Below are positions 18,239 through 27,806 of a stretch of 47,237 nucleotides of DNA, in pieces; the first letter of the stretch is position 1; each line of letters starts with the position of its first letter. The notes beneath the pieces are model-generated. The model saw nothing but the letters and a program-made list of their open reading frames with translations, ran no database searches and was not told the DNA's origin. The stretch is taken from positions 1-47,237 of the IMG/VR virus record IMGVR_UViG_3300010358_000004, one strand, 5' to 3'. The translations under genes were made by a program, and so were the position numbers. Source of the stretch: a virus (taxonomy: Duplodnaviria; Caudoviricetes).

Positions 18239-18664
18239 ATGGTAGCGGGAATTGCTGCACCAAATCCGAGTGGTATTCCTGGGTTTAATGAGGCGTACAT
18301 CGTTAACGCTGGTGGAGTGGGTGCAGCTAATGCGGCCCCGCTCAAGAGTTGGTACAACATCGTTCTGTCAGTTCCGACTGCGAACGGTGCGGTTATGCTG
18401 CCTCCGGCAGCGCCAACTCTCCAAGTCCTTGTCATGAATAACAGTGGTAAGTTCCCTGACACTGTGGCTGGGACTTGCGTGGTGTTTGGTAACATCAATC
18501 CGACGGGGCAGCAGGACACCATTGCGGATGCGACAGGTGTTCAAGGTACTGCTGGGACGGCTGTTCCTGCCAACGCAGTGGGTCTGTTCTTTGTGGTGAC
18601 TCCACAGGCTGGCTTTACTAACGAGCCTATTGCTGGCCAATGGCAGTTCAAGATCCTGCCTTAA
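18239..18664 (+). CDS. virion structural protein (LPPA beta-domain paralog 1)
   Basis: GAVMLPPA...V.NNS...QDTI motif shared with next three ORFs. Confidence 0.6.
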   Translation: MVAGIAAPNPSGIPGFNEAYIVNAGGVGAANAAPLKSWYNIVLSVPTANGAVMLPPAAPTLQVLVMNNSGKFPDTVAGTCVVFGNINPTGQQDTIADATGVQGTAGTAVPANAVGLFFVVTPQAGFTNEPIAGQWQFKILP

Positions 18665-18688
18665 GTCCTATCACTCGGGAGACTCGAG

Positions 18689-19339
18689 ATGCCTTGGAGT
18701 CTGGCGGACCATCCGGCTAACGTCCTAAGTGTGTTCACCAGCTTCCAGCCGGGTTATCGACTGGTGGACGGGGGAGACTTGCTGACTGTTGCCAACCTTC
18801 TGTTCTCAGTTCAAGAGGGAGCAGATGGTGGGACCGATGAGCAGTCAGCAAGCCCCATCATTAATTGTGTAACGGATGCAGTGCAAGGGACCACCTTTGT
18901 ACTGCCACCTGGGGTGCAGGGAAGGTATGCAAAAGTTATCAATAACTCCTCGGGTCAGATCCAGATCTACGGAATGAGTCCTGATCCGTATACTGGGCTT
19001 ATTGATACGATTGCACCAGCGGGGAGTTCGGTTCAGCAACTCATGGTTCCACAGGAGCCAGGCGAAGCCTGTGAGTATTGGTGCTTTGCTCCTGGCTTAT
19101 GGAAACAGGTCTCAGGTATCGGGGCTGGGGCTCCTGGACCTCAGGGCGGTATCCCAGAGGCACCACTGAACGGTCAAACGTACGGGCGCAACTCTGGTAC
19201 GTGGGTCCCAGTTTTGGCGCTTGCTGGCGGAACTATGACTGGCCCAATTATCTTACCGCCTGGGCCAGCGACTGATCCAAACCAAGCCATCTCCCTGTCT
19301 GAGTTGCAGGCGTTGGCTATTGATGAAGGGACTTACTGA
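18689..19339 (+). CDS. virion structural protein (paralog 2, with PEAP..G..YGR motif)
   Basis: FQPGYRLVDGGDL N-terminus; LPPG; GIPEAPLNGQTYGRN. Confidence 0.65.
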   Translation: MPWSLADHPANVLSVFTSFQPGYRLVDGGDLLTVANLLFSVQEGADGGTDEQSASPIINCVTDAVQGTTFVLPPGVQGRYAKVINNSSGQIQIYGMSPDPYTGLIDTIAPAGSSVQQLMVPQEPGEACEYWCFAPGLWKQVSGIGAGAPGPQGGIPEAPLNGQTYGRNSGTWVPVLALAGGTMTGPIILPPGPATDPNQAISLSELQALAIDEGTY

Positions 19340-19770
19340 TGCCAACACCTCCGACGACTCTATTGGATCTGGCACCGTCCCTGCAAACACCGGGCTTCAG
19401 GTTGGTTGACGCGGGTGAGCTGTTTCAGCTGTTTACCAATCTGCTAGGGTTCAGAATTGTCCCCACTGCTGGCGGTGCTACCCTTGCTAGTGGCGTAGCA
19501 TTAGGACCAGGGCTCAATTTTATTGAGACAGCACCTGCTAATGGGGCAGCAGTCGTGCTGCCACCTGCTACAGTATTGGGTCAAGTTGTATCGGTGGTTA
19601 ACAACGACCCCGCCTTCAACTCACTAGCTGTCTTCGGGAGTGAAGGTGACTTTATTGTGCAGAACAGTGAGAATACTGACTCAGCTACTGCTGACAATAT
19701 ATATGTCGGTTGTGGTGTAGTTGCAAAGTTCACTTGTGTAAAGCAAGGCTACTGGTTGATTATGCAATAG
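19339..19770 (+). CDS. virion structural protein (paralog 3)
   Basis: LQTPGFRLVDAGELFQLF; VLPPA; FTCVKQGYW. Confidence 0.65.
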   Translation: MPTPPTTLLDLAPSLQTPGFRLVDAGELFQLFTNLLGFRIVPTAGGATLASGVALGPGLNFIETAPANGAAVVLPPATVLGQVVSVVNNDPAFNSLAVFGSEGDFIVQNSENTDSATADNIYVGCGVVAKFTCVKQGYWLIMQ

Positions 19771-19781
19771 GGAATTGCCCG

Positions 19782-20204
19782 ATGCCAACAACAGCTAACC
19801 TATTGGCGTCTCTCCAGCAAGGCAGACGCCTTGCTGATGAGGGTGTGCTTCAACAGCTGTTCCAGCTACTGGTAGGGGCACAGAACATTCCAGGTTCTGT
19901 AACTGGTACTGGGCCAGTGCTTGGATCATATGTCAACACTGTACCGCATGGGCCTAATGTCAGTTTACCACCCGCAGTTCCAGGGCGTTCACTGTTGGTA
20001 GCTAATGACAGTACAGCAGGAACTTCTCTGACTGTACATGCACAGGCAGACAGTATGGTTAATGGAGCAGCCAGTGTTACTCAGCCAGGCGCTACATTAT
20101 GGCAGTATACGTGTTATAAACCTGGTACGTGGATTGCAGTTGGGCTTGCGACGGGAGTCGAGCCAGCTGCCGAAGAGGAGACTGTTGGAGGAGGGAAACC
20201 TTAA
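19782..20204 (+). CDS. virion structural protein (paralog 4)
   Basis: LQQGRRLADEGVLQQLF; LPPAVPG; YTCYKPGTW; ATG 19782. Confidence 0.65.
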   Translation: MPTTANLLASLQQGRRLADEGVLQQLFQLLVGAQNIPGSVTGTGPVLGSYVNTVPHGPNVSLPPAVPGRSLLVANDSTAGTSLTVHAQADSMVNGAASVTQPGATLWQYTCYKPGTWIAVGLATGVEPAAEEETVGGGKP

Positions 20205-20476
20205 TGGTTACGTTCACTGACGTGCTAACGAATAGACAATGGATCTATCCGGACTCAGCTACGGGGATGGCTATCTACATGGGGATCTTTCCTCCAGGTA
20301 GATACGATATTCGGAATGGCTCAACGGCTGTAGTAGCGGTCAAGGTTACTGATGTAAGTCCAGTCGTTCTGATCCCGATTGGCGCGACTTGGAATATCGC
20401 GACCCAGGAGAATGACCGGTCCCGGCTGCCTTGCCCAGATTACGCAGTCTGGATGCACAGCGGTAGGTTTAATTGA
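20204..20476 (+). CDS. hypothetical protein
   Basis: TAATG coupling, GGAGG SD. Confidence 0.6.
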   Translation: MVTFTDVLTNRQWIYPDSATGMAIYMGIFPPGRYDIRNGSTAVVAVKVTDVSPVVLIPIGATWNIATQENDRSRLPCPDYAVWMHSGRFN

Positions 20477-20479
20477 TAG

Positions 20480-21991
20480 ATGAGACTGCCGCTTACAGGT
20501 GGTTCGTACACTGCTCGAAGCATCATCGCTTCAGCTCAAAGGTGTGTTAACTACTATCCAGAGATAAATCCGAGAGGCAGCCTTGTACCGATCACACATT
20601 ATCAGCGGCCAGGCCTAGTGCCTCTGTTGACAGTAGGGAATGGTCCGATCAGAGGTATCTATGCTGCGTCTAATCAGGATGCGTATATTGCCAGTGGACA
20701 TGAGATATATAGGATGCCTTTTGGTACGTTGACACCGACTAAGCTAGGAGATATTAGTAATGCTCAACAGGGTCAGGTGTCAATGATAGATAATGGAGGG
20801 TCTGGTACGGTTATGATAGTTGATGGCTCCCCCAATGGATGGCTGTCAGATCTGGGCACGAACAACTTTAAGCAGATCAACGATCCAACAGGTTTCTTCA
20901 CTGGTGCCGACCGAGTTGACTATACAGACACCTTCATTATATGGAACCAACCCAACACAGTCTTCTTTAACTCAACTCAGTCGAACACCATTGAACCGTT
21001 TAATCCACTCTATACGGCAGGTAAGACTGGTTATCCAGACAATCTAGTGACCTTATATGTGGTTAGGCATGAAGTGCTGTTGCTAGGCACGTGGAAGTCA
21101 GAGATCTGGTATGATGCTGGTCTTTATCCGATGCCGTTTGCGGAGCTGCCTGGGACGTATATCGAGCATGGTATCGCGGCGAAGTATAGTGTGGCTCAAC
21201 AGGATATTAATCTTTACTGGTTGGCACAGAACCTCCAAGGTGAGGGAATGGTTCTGAGGTTTAGGGGGTATCTAACAGACCGGATTAGTAATCATGCTGT
21301 GGAGCACGCTATACAGGAGATGAAGAAGACGGTAGGTATAGATGACGCGATCGGGTTCTGCTATCAGATGGATGGGCATGTCTGGTATGTGCTAACGTTC
21401 CCGAAAGGTGACCAGACCTGGGTGTATGATGCAGCAATCGAAGACCCCATGGCAGCATGGCATCAAGAAGCTTGGACTGATATTAATGGCTACCTCCATC
21501 GCGTCCGGTCTAACTGTCATGGTATCATCAATGGTGGTAATGCATTTGGTGACTGGGAGAACGGGACTATTTACACACCAGATATTGACACGTACACAGA
21601 TACAGTCAATGGAGTGGTTACCCCTCTGACTTGTGTTAGGTCATTCCCTCATATCGGGACCGCGAGACTGGCGGGGCAAGGACATGCAGGGACGGCGGAC
21701 GGGAGGAGGGTCCAGTTTGCTGCATTCCGTGCTGATCTTGAGTGCGGTTTGGGGCCTGTTGGTATTGATGGACGCCCTGCAGAAATATCTCTACGGTGGT
21801 CTGACGATAGAGGAAGAACGTTTGGTAATGACGTTTTACAGTCTACTGGTTTTCCTGGTGAGTATCTTACTCAACCTCAATGGCTAGGAATGGGTATCGC
21901 CAGGGATCGTATATTCGAGTTAAGTCATTCAATCGCTGGACCAGCAGCACTTAACGGTGCCTGGGTTGATGCGGAGGTACTTGGAACATGA
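20480..21991 (+). CDS. packaged DNA stabilization / tail hub protein (P22 gp10-like)
   Basis: QRCVNYYPE, SMIDNG, YQMDGHVWYVLTFP...TWVYD...WH, LRWSDDRGRTF, W.GMG..RDRIFE. Confidence 0.88.
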   Translation: MRLPLTGGSYTARSIIASAQRCVNYYPEINPRGSLVPITHYQRPGLVPLLTVGNGPIRGIYAASNQDAYIASGHEIYRMPFGTLTPTKLGDISNAQQGQVSMIDNGGSGTVMIVDGSPNGWLSDLGTNNFKQINDPTGFFTGADRVDYTDTFIIWNQPNTVFFNSTQSNTIEPFNPLYTAGKTGYPDNLVTLYVVRHEVLLLGTWKSEIWYDAGLYPMPFAELPGTYIEHGIAAKYSVAQQDINLYWLAQNLQGEGMVLRFRGYLTDRISNHAVEHAIQEMKKTVGIDDAIGFCYQMDGHVWYVLTFPKGDQTWVYDAAIEDPMAAWHQEAWTDINGYLHRVRSNCHGIINGGNAFGDWENGTIYTPDIDTYTDTVNGVVTPLTCVRSFPHIGTARLAGQGHAGTADGRRVQFAAFRADLECGLGPVGIDGRPAEISLRWSDDRGRTFGNDVLQSTGFPGEYLTQPQWLGMGIARDRIFELSHSIAGPAALNGAWVDAEVLGT

Positions 21992-22158
21992 TGTCAGATC
22001 CGAAGGAACCAGCTGAAGAACAGTCTGTTGAGGCTGACCAGGTGGAGGAAGTTGAGCAGGATGTCTCTAATGTAGAGGAACAGACTGCTAATCCGGATGC
22101 TGTGCTGGAAGAAGAGTCAGTAGAGCATGAGGCTGAGAAGGAAGTTGAGAAAGAATAG
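21988..22158 (+). CDS. small highly acidic protein (56 aa)
   Basis: Hand-translated MMSDPKEPAEEQSVE...EKEVEKE; about 22 Asp/Glu; GGAGG SD; ATGA overlap. Confidence 0.65.
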   Translation: MMSDPKEPAEEQSVEADQVEEVEQDVSNVEEQTANPDAVLEEESVEHEAEKEVEKE

Positions 22159-22163
22159 TTGGG

Positions 22164-22946
22164 ATGGCTGTTGATAGGGTCATGACGCCATCGGGGCGGC
22201 AGGTAACGGAACCGGGGAACCCTCCGGGTCGACCACCTGGCCCGACTCAGCATCTAATTCCAGTGGGCCCACCACCTACTTATTCGGGTGTCCCGTTACA
22301 AGACAACCCGCCAATGGTAGATCCGAGGTCAGGTAGGCGGGTATCTGGAAGGATACAACAGCCGTCAGATCAGAACACAGCTTCTAGTCATCAGATGCTG
22401 GTTGGGTTTCCTAGGATTAACAGCCCGTTTATTGATCCATCAACTGCGAACACTGCAATACCATGGACACAGTTCTTAACGAACGTATGGAGACTGGTGC
22501 AGCCGACCGGGATAGTGCCGGGGACGTATGCTGGTATAGTATTCAATGTCTTCGGGCAGGCCATAAGTGCCTCGTCGAGTGGGTTTACACTGGACAGCCC
22601 TGTCCTAACTGGTACCCCAATTGCACCGACACCGCCAGCAAATGACAACTCAACCAGAATTGCCACCACAGCCTTTGTCAAAGAACAGGGTTATATCACT
22701 GGAGTTACGTTGGGCGGTGATGTTACTGGTTCTGGCGGCTCCTCCGTTACTAGCACAGTGGTTGGCTTCCAAGGTCGTCCGGTTAGTGCAGTGGCTCCGA
22801 CGGTAGGTCAGGCGTTTATTTGGAACGGGAGTGCATGGGTTCCTGGGCAAGCTGGGATACCAGACGCACCTAATGATGGACAACTATATGCTAGACAGAA
22901 CGGGCAATGGGCTCGACTGTCACAAGCCGTGATACCTCCAGTTTAA
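22164..22946 (+). CDS. tail-associated protein
   Basis: PWTQFL segment after gp10; SPVLTGTP.APTP...DNSTRIATTAFV tail-fibre repeat; PDAPNDGQLYARQ. Confidence 0.7.
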   Translation: MAVDRVMTPSGRQVTEPGNPPGRPPGPTQHLIPVGPPPTYSGVPLQDNPPMVDPRSGRRVSGRIQQPSDQNTASSHQMLVGFPRINSPFIDPSTANTAIPWTQFLTNVWRLVQPTGIVPGTYAGIVFNVFGQAISASSSGFTLDSPVLTGTPIAPTPPANDNSTRIATTAFVKEQGYITGVTLGGDVTGSGGSSVTSTVVGFQGRPVSAVAPTVGQAFIWNGSAWVPGQAGIPDAPNDGQLYARQNGQWARLSQAVIPPV

Positions 22947-22976
22947 TCGGTTGAGCGACCGAGAGGGAGCGAGAAG

Positions 22977-24716
22977 ATGTCGAGTCCGATGCCTACAATT
23001 ACTAGCCCTGGTCCAGTTCAGATCCGGCGTCGGATTGGCTCGCCTGGGATGCCACCCGATTTGCTGCAGGGTCAGCTGGCGATCAATGACGTCGGTGATG
23101 GAACTACGTTGGCTCGCCTGTATGGTGGGACTGCGCCTAGTCTGTTGTATCCAACTGGTGTGGCTACACTTGTTAGCAATACTCGCCAGGTTGAGTTGAC
23201 AGGACAGCAGACCATAGTTGGTGATAAGACTATCAATGTCAGTAGGTTGCACATCACTGGGGGTGCCCATGGAGATGTCCTTACTACAGATGGCCTTGGG
23301 AATATGGTCTGGACTTCTGGAGGGGGCGGGGTATTCCCCGAAGCTCCTACGGATGGGCAGAGCTACGGGCGGAATGGGCGTTCCAAGAGTTGGGTGCCGG
23401 TTCTGCCTCTTAGTGGCGGGACTGTCACTGGTGATGTCCACTTTATCGGTGATGTTACTATTAATGGGGATGGTGTTGTAGTTGACGCCCCCATTGACGG
23501 CAAATTGTATGTCCGTAGTAATGGGACTTGGGTTATCCTGCCTTGGGAATGGCCAGGTGATGGGACAGGCACTGGTGGTGGTGGTATTCCTGAAGCACCA
23601 GCTGACGGACTAATCTACGGCCGAAATGGTAAGACAACCACCTGGGTTCCAGTCCTGCCTCTCAGTGGTGGTACTATGGAAGGCCCACTTATTCTGTCGG
23701 GTCCGCCAGTTCCAGGTGGCAATCCGAACCAAGCTGCTACGATGGAGTATGTGGACTCCAAGATCACTGGAGCGCTCCAGTTCATCGGTGTGATGGATGC
23801 GTCGACTGGAATTGTCACGTTTGCTGAGAGTTCTGGACTGCCTCCCGGTCCATTGCCACCTGCGTTTGATGCACCAGACCGATATGTGATCGTGACGGTG
23901 GCTGGCACGTTGAGTGCGCCTCCGGAGTTGGCTGGGCAATCGGTTACGGTTGGTGACTGGATCGTTAGTAACGGTTCAAGCTGGCAGATCATTGCTATTG
24001 GCGGTGGTGGTACTAACCCGTTTGCGTCACAGGTTATTGTCACGCCACCAGTTTCAGGTCAGGACAATGTGCAAGATGCACTCCAAGAACTTTTGAACCA
24101 GATCGGTCAGAATGCGTTTCCAGAAGCACCGGCAGACGGACAGGTCTATGCTAGAAATGGGCAGGCTAAATCTTGGATCGCTGCGTTGCCCATTGCTGGT
24201 GGTACGATGCTCGGATCACTCATTCTGGATGGACCACCGACCGCAACCAGTCCACCTAACCAAGCGGCTACCAGGGGGTACGTCGATGGCCTGGTTATGG
24301 GAGCACTGTCTTATATTGGGACGATGGATGCGACGACCGGAGATGTTACCTATACTGTTACTAGTGGGTTGCCTGCAGGCCCTCTTGTTCCTCCTGATCA
24401 AGCCGCTGACAGTTATGTCATTGTTGCTGTCGGGGGTACTGTACCTAGCGGGCCCGTAGCTGGTGCGGTTGTGAATACAGGGGATTGGATCATCTCGGAT
24501 GGGGTGAGTTGGCAGGTTATCCACGTTAACCCAATGACTATGCTGGCCAGTAACGTGACGTTGAACCCGACAATCGGTGGGCAGACTGATGTGCAAGGAG
24601 CACTGAATGTCATGTATAATGACATTGCCCTGCTTAAGTCGCAGGTTGCAGACTTCCTGAATACAGTCAGCACCATTGGCGATGTGTACTCGACTGGGAC
24701 TGGCATTAATTCGTAA
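22977..24716 (+). CDS. tail fibre-like protein with internal repeats
   Basis: Four (P)(E/D)AP.DG..Y.R...W motifs, LP..GGTM.G.L repeats, duplicated GDWI.S.G..WQ domain. Confidence 0.75.
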   Translation: MSSPMPTITSPGPVQIRRRIGSPGMPPDLLQGQLAINDVGDGTTLARLYGGTAPSLLYPTGVATLVSNTRQVELTGQQTIVGDKTINVSRLHITGGAHGDVLTTDGLGNMVWTSGGGGVFPEAPTDGQSYGRNGRSKSWVPVLPLSGGTVTGDVHFIGDVTINGDGVVVDAPIDGKLYVRSNGTWVILPWEWPGDGTGTGGGGIPEAPADGLIYGRNGKTTTWVPVLPLSGGTMEGPLILSGPPVPGGNPNQAATMEYVDSKITGALQFIGVMDASTGIVTFAESSGLPPGPLPPAFDAPDRYVIVTVAGTLSAPPELAGQSVTVGDWIVSNGSSWQIIAIGGGGTNPFASQVIVTPPVSGQDNVQDALQELLNQIGQNAFPEAPADGQVYARNGQAKSWIAALPIAGGTMLGSLILDGPPTATSPPNQAATRGYVDGLVMGALSYIGTMDATTGDVTYTVTSGLPAGPLVPPDQAADSYVIVAVGGTVPSGPVAGAVVNTGDWIISDGVSWQVIHVNPMTMLASNVTLNPTIGGQTDVQGALNVMYNDIALLKSQVADFLNTVSTIGDVYSTGTGINS

Positions 24717-24732
24717 CTAGGAGGGTCGAGAG

Positions 24733-25854
24733 ATGCCTCGGGACTGGCAACTCAATACGATGGTGATCGGTCTCCAGGGCCGACCCATGTCTGTCGCTGC
24801 GCCTGCTGATGGGCAGGTTGTAACTTGGAACAATACTGATGAGACGTGGGAACCACAACCGACTAGTATCCCTAATACCGTCTTGAACTACAGAGGGGCG
24901 GTTGCAGATACAGCTTCATTGCCTTTGACTAATGCTCAGACTGGTGACACATACTTTGTCACTGGTGCAGATACCTTCTATATGTTCAATGGGACTGCTT
25001 ATGTCCCATTGAGTGTGCCACTCAACTCACTGCCATTCCCAGAGGCGCCCACCGACGGCCAAATCTACGGACGAAATGGGGCGACTACTAGCTGGGTTTC
25101 GGTTTTGCCCCTGGCTGGTGGTACGCTCACAGGGGGACTCGTGTTAAACGGTCCCCCGACCCCTACTGGTGACCCGAACCAAGCAGCTAGCAGAGGGTAT
25201 GTTGATAGTCTAGTTCAAAGTAATGGGCAGCAAATTCTCCGACAGGCATCTCAGTTCCTTGGGCTTATCAATGCTCTGTCTGGTACTGTCTCGTACACAC
25301 CTCAGTCTGGTCAAACGTCCGGTTCATTACTCCCTCCCAACCAAGTACCTGGCGCGTTTGTAATCTGTTCGGTTGCTGGGACGCTGACGCAGGGTGCGTT
25401 GGCTGGGACACAGCTTCTGGTGGGAGACTGGTTGATTTCGGATGGTGTGAATTGGCTGCCACTGTTAGTGCAGGGGAGAGGGTCTGGTGGTGGAGTCGGT
25501 GGGACTATTAATGCAGTGAATGTAGTTGTCACCCCACCTGTTGGTGGTTGGAGTAACGGACAGACTGCTATTGAAGGCCTCTATAACACAACTCAAAACT
25601 TGCAGAACCAGATCAATACCATCAATGGTACGATAACTACGATCCAGACACAGATAAGTGGGTTAGCTCCAATTAACAACCCATCATTCACTGGCAATCC
25701 GCAAGCACCTAACCCGCCCCTCGGTGACAACGACCAGTCTATTGCTACGACTAGCTGGGTGAACACTGCGATTGCTAACTATGTAAGCCAGTGGGCAGTA
25801 GCTAATGGTGTGCTGACAGATGTTACTACCTCTGGTGATGTGACGAGTGTCTAG
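24733..25854 (+). CDS. tail fibre-like protein
   Basis: Shares VIGLQGRP anchor, FPEAPTDGQIYGRNG, GDWLISDG, PSFTGNPQAP...IATTSWV motifs. Confidence 0.72.
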   Translation: MPRDWQLNTMVIGLQGRPMSVAAPADGQVVTWNNTDETWEPQPTSIPNTVLNYRGAVADTASLPLTNAQTGDTYFVTGADTFYMFNGTAYVPLSVPLNSLPFPEAPTDGQIYGRNGATTSWVSVLPLAGGTLTGGLVLNGPPTPTGDPNQAASRGYVDSLVQSNGQQILRQASQFLGLINALSGTVSYTPQSGQTSGSLLPPNQVPGAFVICSVAGTLTQGALAGTQLLVGDWLISDGVNWLPLLVQGRGSGGGVGGTINAVNVVVTPPVGGWSNGQTAIEGLYNTTQNLQNQINTINGTITTIQTQISGLAPINNPSFTGNPQAPNPPLGDNDQSIATTSWVNTAIANYVSQWAVANGVLTDVTTSGDVTSV

Positions 25855-25856
25855 CC

Positions 25857-26684
25857 ATGCAGGGACGTACAACTGAGAACCTTGACACGACTGTTGTCGG
25901 GTTAAGACGGTTCCCAATCTCCAATACTACTCCAACGTCTGGTCAGGTCTTGACGTTTGACGGGACGAATTGGACACCAGCAACTCCGCCTCCTAGAGGC
26001 AGTGATGTTGGAACCGGACCTACACCTCCGCCAAACCCACAACAAGGTGATCTGTGGTGGGATGATGTAGGTGGTCAGTTGTATGTATATTATAATGACG
26101 GCACTAGCTCGCAGTGGGTTCAAGCTAACACTGGGAAGTTGGGTGCAACTGGACCCGCTGGACCTGTCGGACCACAAGGGCCACAGGGCATTCCAGGGCC
26201 AACAACTCCGATACCGGGAGTAACAGACGGCTCGAACGCACCAGCTGGGATGGTGGGGGAGTTTCTAACTGCACAGAACCTAATCCAGCCGTTCAATATG
26301 AGTGCTGTGAACTCGGACCCAGTGGGGCTACAATTAACAGCTGGCGACTGGCAAGTCTCCGTGTATTATAGTGTAGCCTTTACTACTGGTAGTGCGATAC
26401 CTAACGTTGGGACGGGTGCCTATTTCCAGTGTCAAGGTACGTGGACCAATATAGATGGCTTCAACCAAGCCATTATGATGGTAAGGTGTGCCATACCCCT
26501 TCTAACCTTTTCAGCCAATAACGGTGCGATCTATTTGTCTGGACCTGTAGGTCCAGGTCGTATGAGTAATAACTCAGGTAACAGAATTACTGGGAATATG
26601 CAATTCTTTGGCGATGGTATAACAAGTTTCGTTCCGCAATCTACGACTGCATATATAATGTACGCTGCGCGGAGGATGCGCTGA
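25857..26684 (+). CDS. tail fibre protein with short collagen segment
   Basis: GDLWWD...[12 protein letters not shown]; GPxGPx; [15 protein letters not shown]...LTAGDW...ARRMR C-terminal fibre domain. Confidence 0.75.
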   Translation: MQGRTTENLDTTVVGLRRFPISNTTPTSGQVLTFDGTNWTPATPPPRGSDVGTGPTPPPNPQQGDLWWDDVGGQLYVYYNDGTSSQWVQANTGKLGATGPAGPVGPQGPQGIPGPTTPIPGVTDGSNAPAGMVGEFLTAQNLIQPFNMSAVNSDPVGLQLTAGDWQVSVYYSVAFTTGSAIPNVGTGAYFQCQGTWTNIDGFNQAIMMVRCAIPLLTFSANNGAIYLSGPVGPGRMSNNSGNRITGNMQFFGDGITSFVPQSTTAYIMYAARRMR

Positions 26685-27550
26685 TGCAGGGACGAACTGT
26701 ACAGAACCTAGAGACCACTGTTGTAGGTCTGCGTGGAAGACCTGTCTCGAACACTGCCCCAACCAATGGGCAGGCACTAATATGGAATGGTACGGCTTGG
26801 ACTCCGACTACTGGGAGTGGAGGTGCGACGGGTCCAGCAGGTCCACAAGGTCCAGCAGGTCCAACAGGTGCTACTGGTCCGATAGGTCCACAGGGACCAC
26901 CAGGTCCACAGGGTGATCCGGGAGTACAGGGAAACCCAGGGCCAACTGGTGCAACGGGAGCACAAGGCGATCCAGGACCAACTGGTGCAACTGGACCAGC
27001 TGGCCCAACCGGAGCAACAGGTGCGACAGGAGCGACGGGTGCAACCGGTACAGCTGGTACACCAGGTACACCAGGCGCTGTTGGTCCGGCAGGTCCATCG
27101 GCAGTCAGTGCTGATGCTGGTAACATTGCCAAGCTCGGGACTGATAATCTTATACTGGTGCAAGGTCCATTAACCTATGCACAGCTCCCAGCATCACTTC
27201 TGAACTTGCCTATTGTGTTTGTGTTCCCTGGGAAGCCAGCAGCAAACGCAATGGTGAATGTCCCTATAGTCATGAACATGTCGTTGCCTATAAATCTCAC
27301 TGGATCTGTTGGGACTGTGCGGGGTGCTGTTCCAACAGCAGCTGCTACCTTCTCGATGTACCTGTTTACACCACCGGGGAACAACACTGCTATTGGGGGA
27401 ATGACTATACAACCTAATGGATCTATCACATTTAGTTTTACGGCAGCTGTGAACATGACACCTGGCCAGATATTAGGGGTGGTGGCACCGTCCACACAGG
27501 ATGCTACACTAGCGGATGTTGCTTTGACATTACTAGCATCGAGGATCTAA
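26684..27550 (+). CDS. collagen-like tail fibre protein
   Basis: About 30 consecutive G-X-Y triplets; [15 protein letters not shown] motif. Confidence 0.8.
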   Translation: MQGRTVQNLETTVVGLRGRPVSNTAPTNGQALIWNGTAWTPTTGSGGATGPAGPQGPAGPTGATGPIGPQGPPGPQGDPGVQGNPGPTGATGAQGDPGPTGATGPAGPTGATGATGATGATGTAGTPGTPGAVGPAGPSAVSADAGNIAKLGTDNLILVQGPLTYAQLPASLLNLPIVFVFPGKPAANAMVNVPIVMNMSLPINLTGSVGTVRGAVPTAAATFSMYLFTPPGNNTAIGGMTIQPNGSITFSFTAAVNMTPGQILGVVAPSTQDATLADVALTLLASRI

Positions 27551-27554
27551 CGGC

Positions 27555-27806
27555 ATGGCATCAGACTCGATTGGGGTAATTAGAGGGGCTGAGACAGGCC
27601 ACATCTATGCCATAGTGAACCCAGATGATGACTCGGAGCTTGACAACCCGCAGCTTATGCTACTGCGACACACCACTGGATACAATGAGGCGCTGGTTAT
27701 GATTAAGCTGCCTCGGGACCAGTATATGAAGTGTTTATCACAGGAGGATCTGTGGACGTTGGTGGGTGCAATTAGCGATTGGGCAGTAGATCCGGACAAC
27801 CCATGA
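27555..27806 (+). CDS. small protein with PDDD.ELDNP domain (copy 1)
   Basis: Paralog of 30064 ORF and of the C-terminus of 27803 ORF. Confidence 0.7.
   Translation: MASDSIGVIRGAETGHIYAIVNPDDDSELDNPQLMLLRHTTGYNEALVMIKLPRDQYMKCLSQEDLWTLVGAISDWAVDPDNP

Noticed and set aside
22977-25854. Diversity-generating retroelement TR/VR pair
   Set aside because: Repeats differ mainly at synonymous positions rather than adenines, all lie in frame, and no reverse transcriptase is present
26641-27132. Antisense 163-aa G/P/V-rich ORF
   Set aside because: Mirror of the collagen G-X-Y codons on the plus strand
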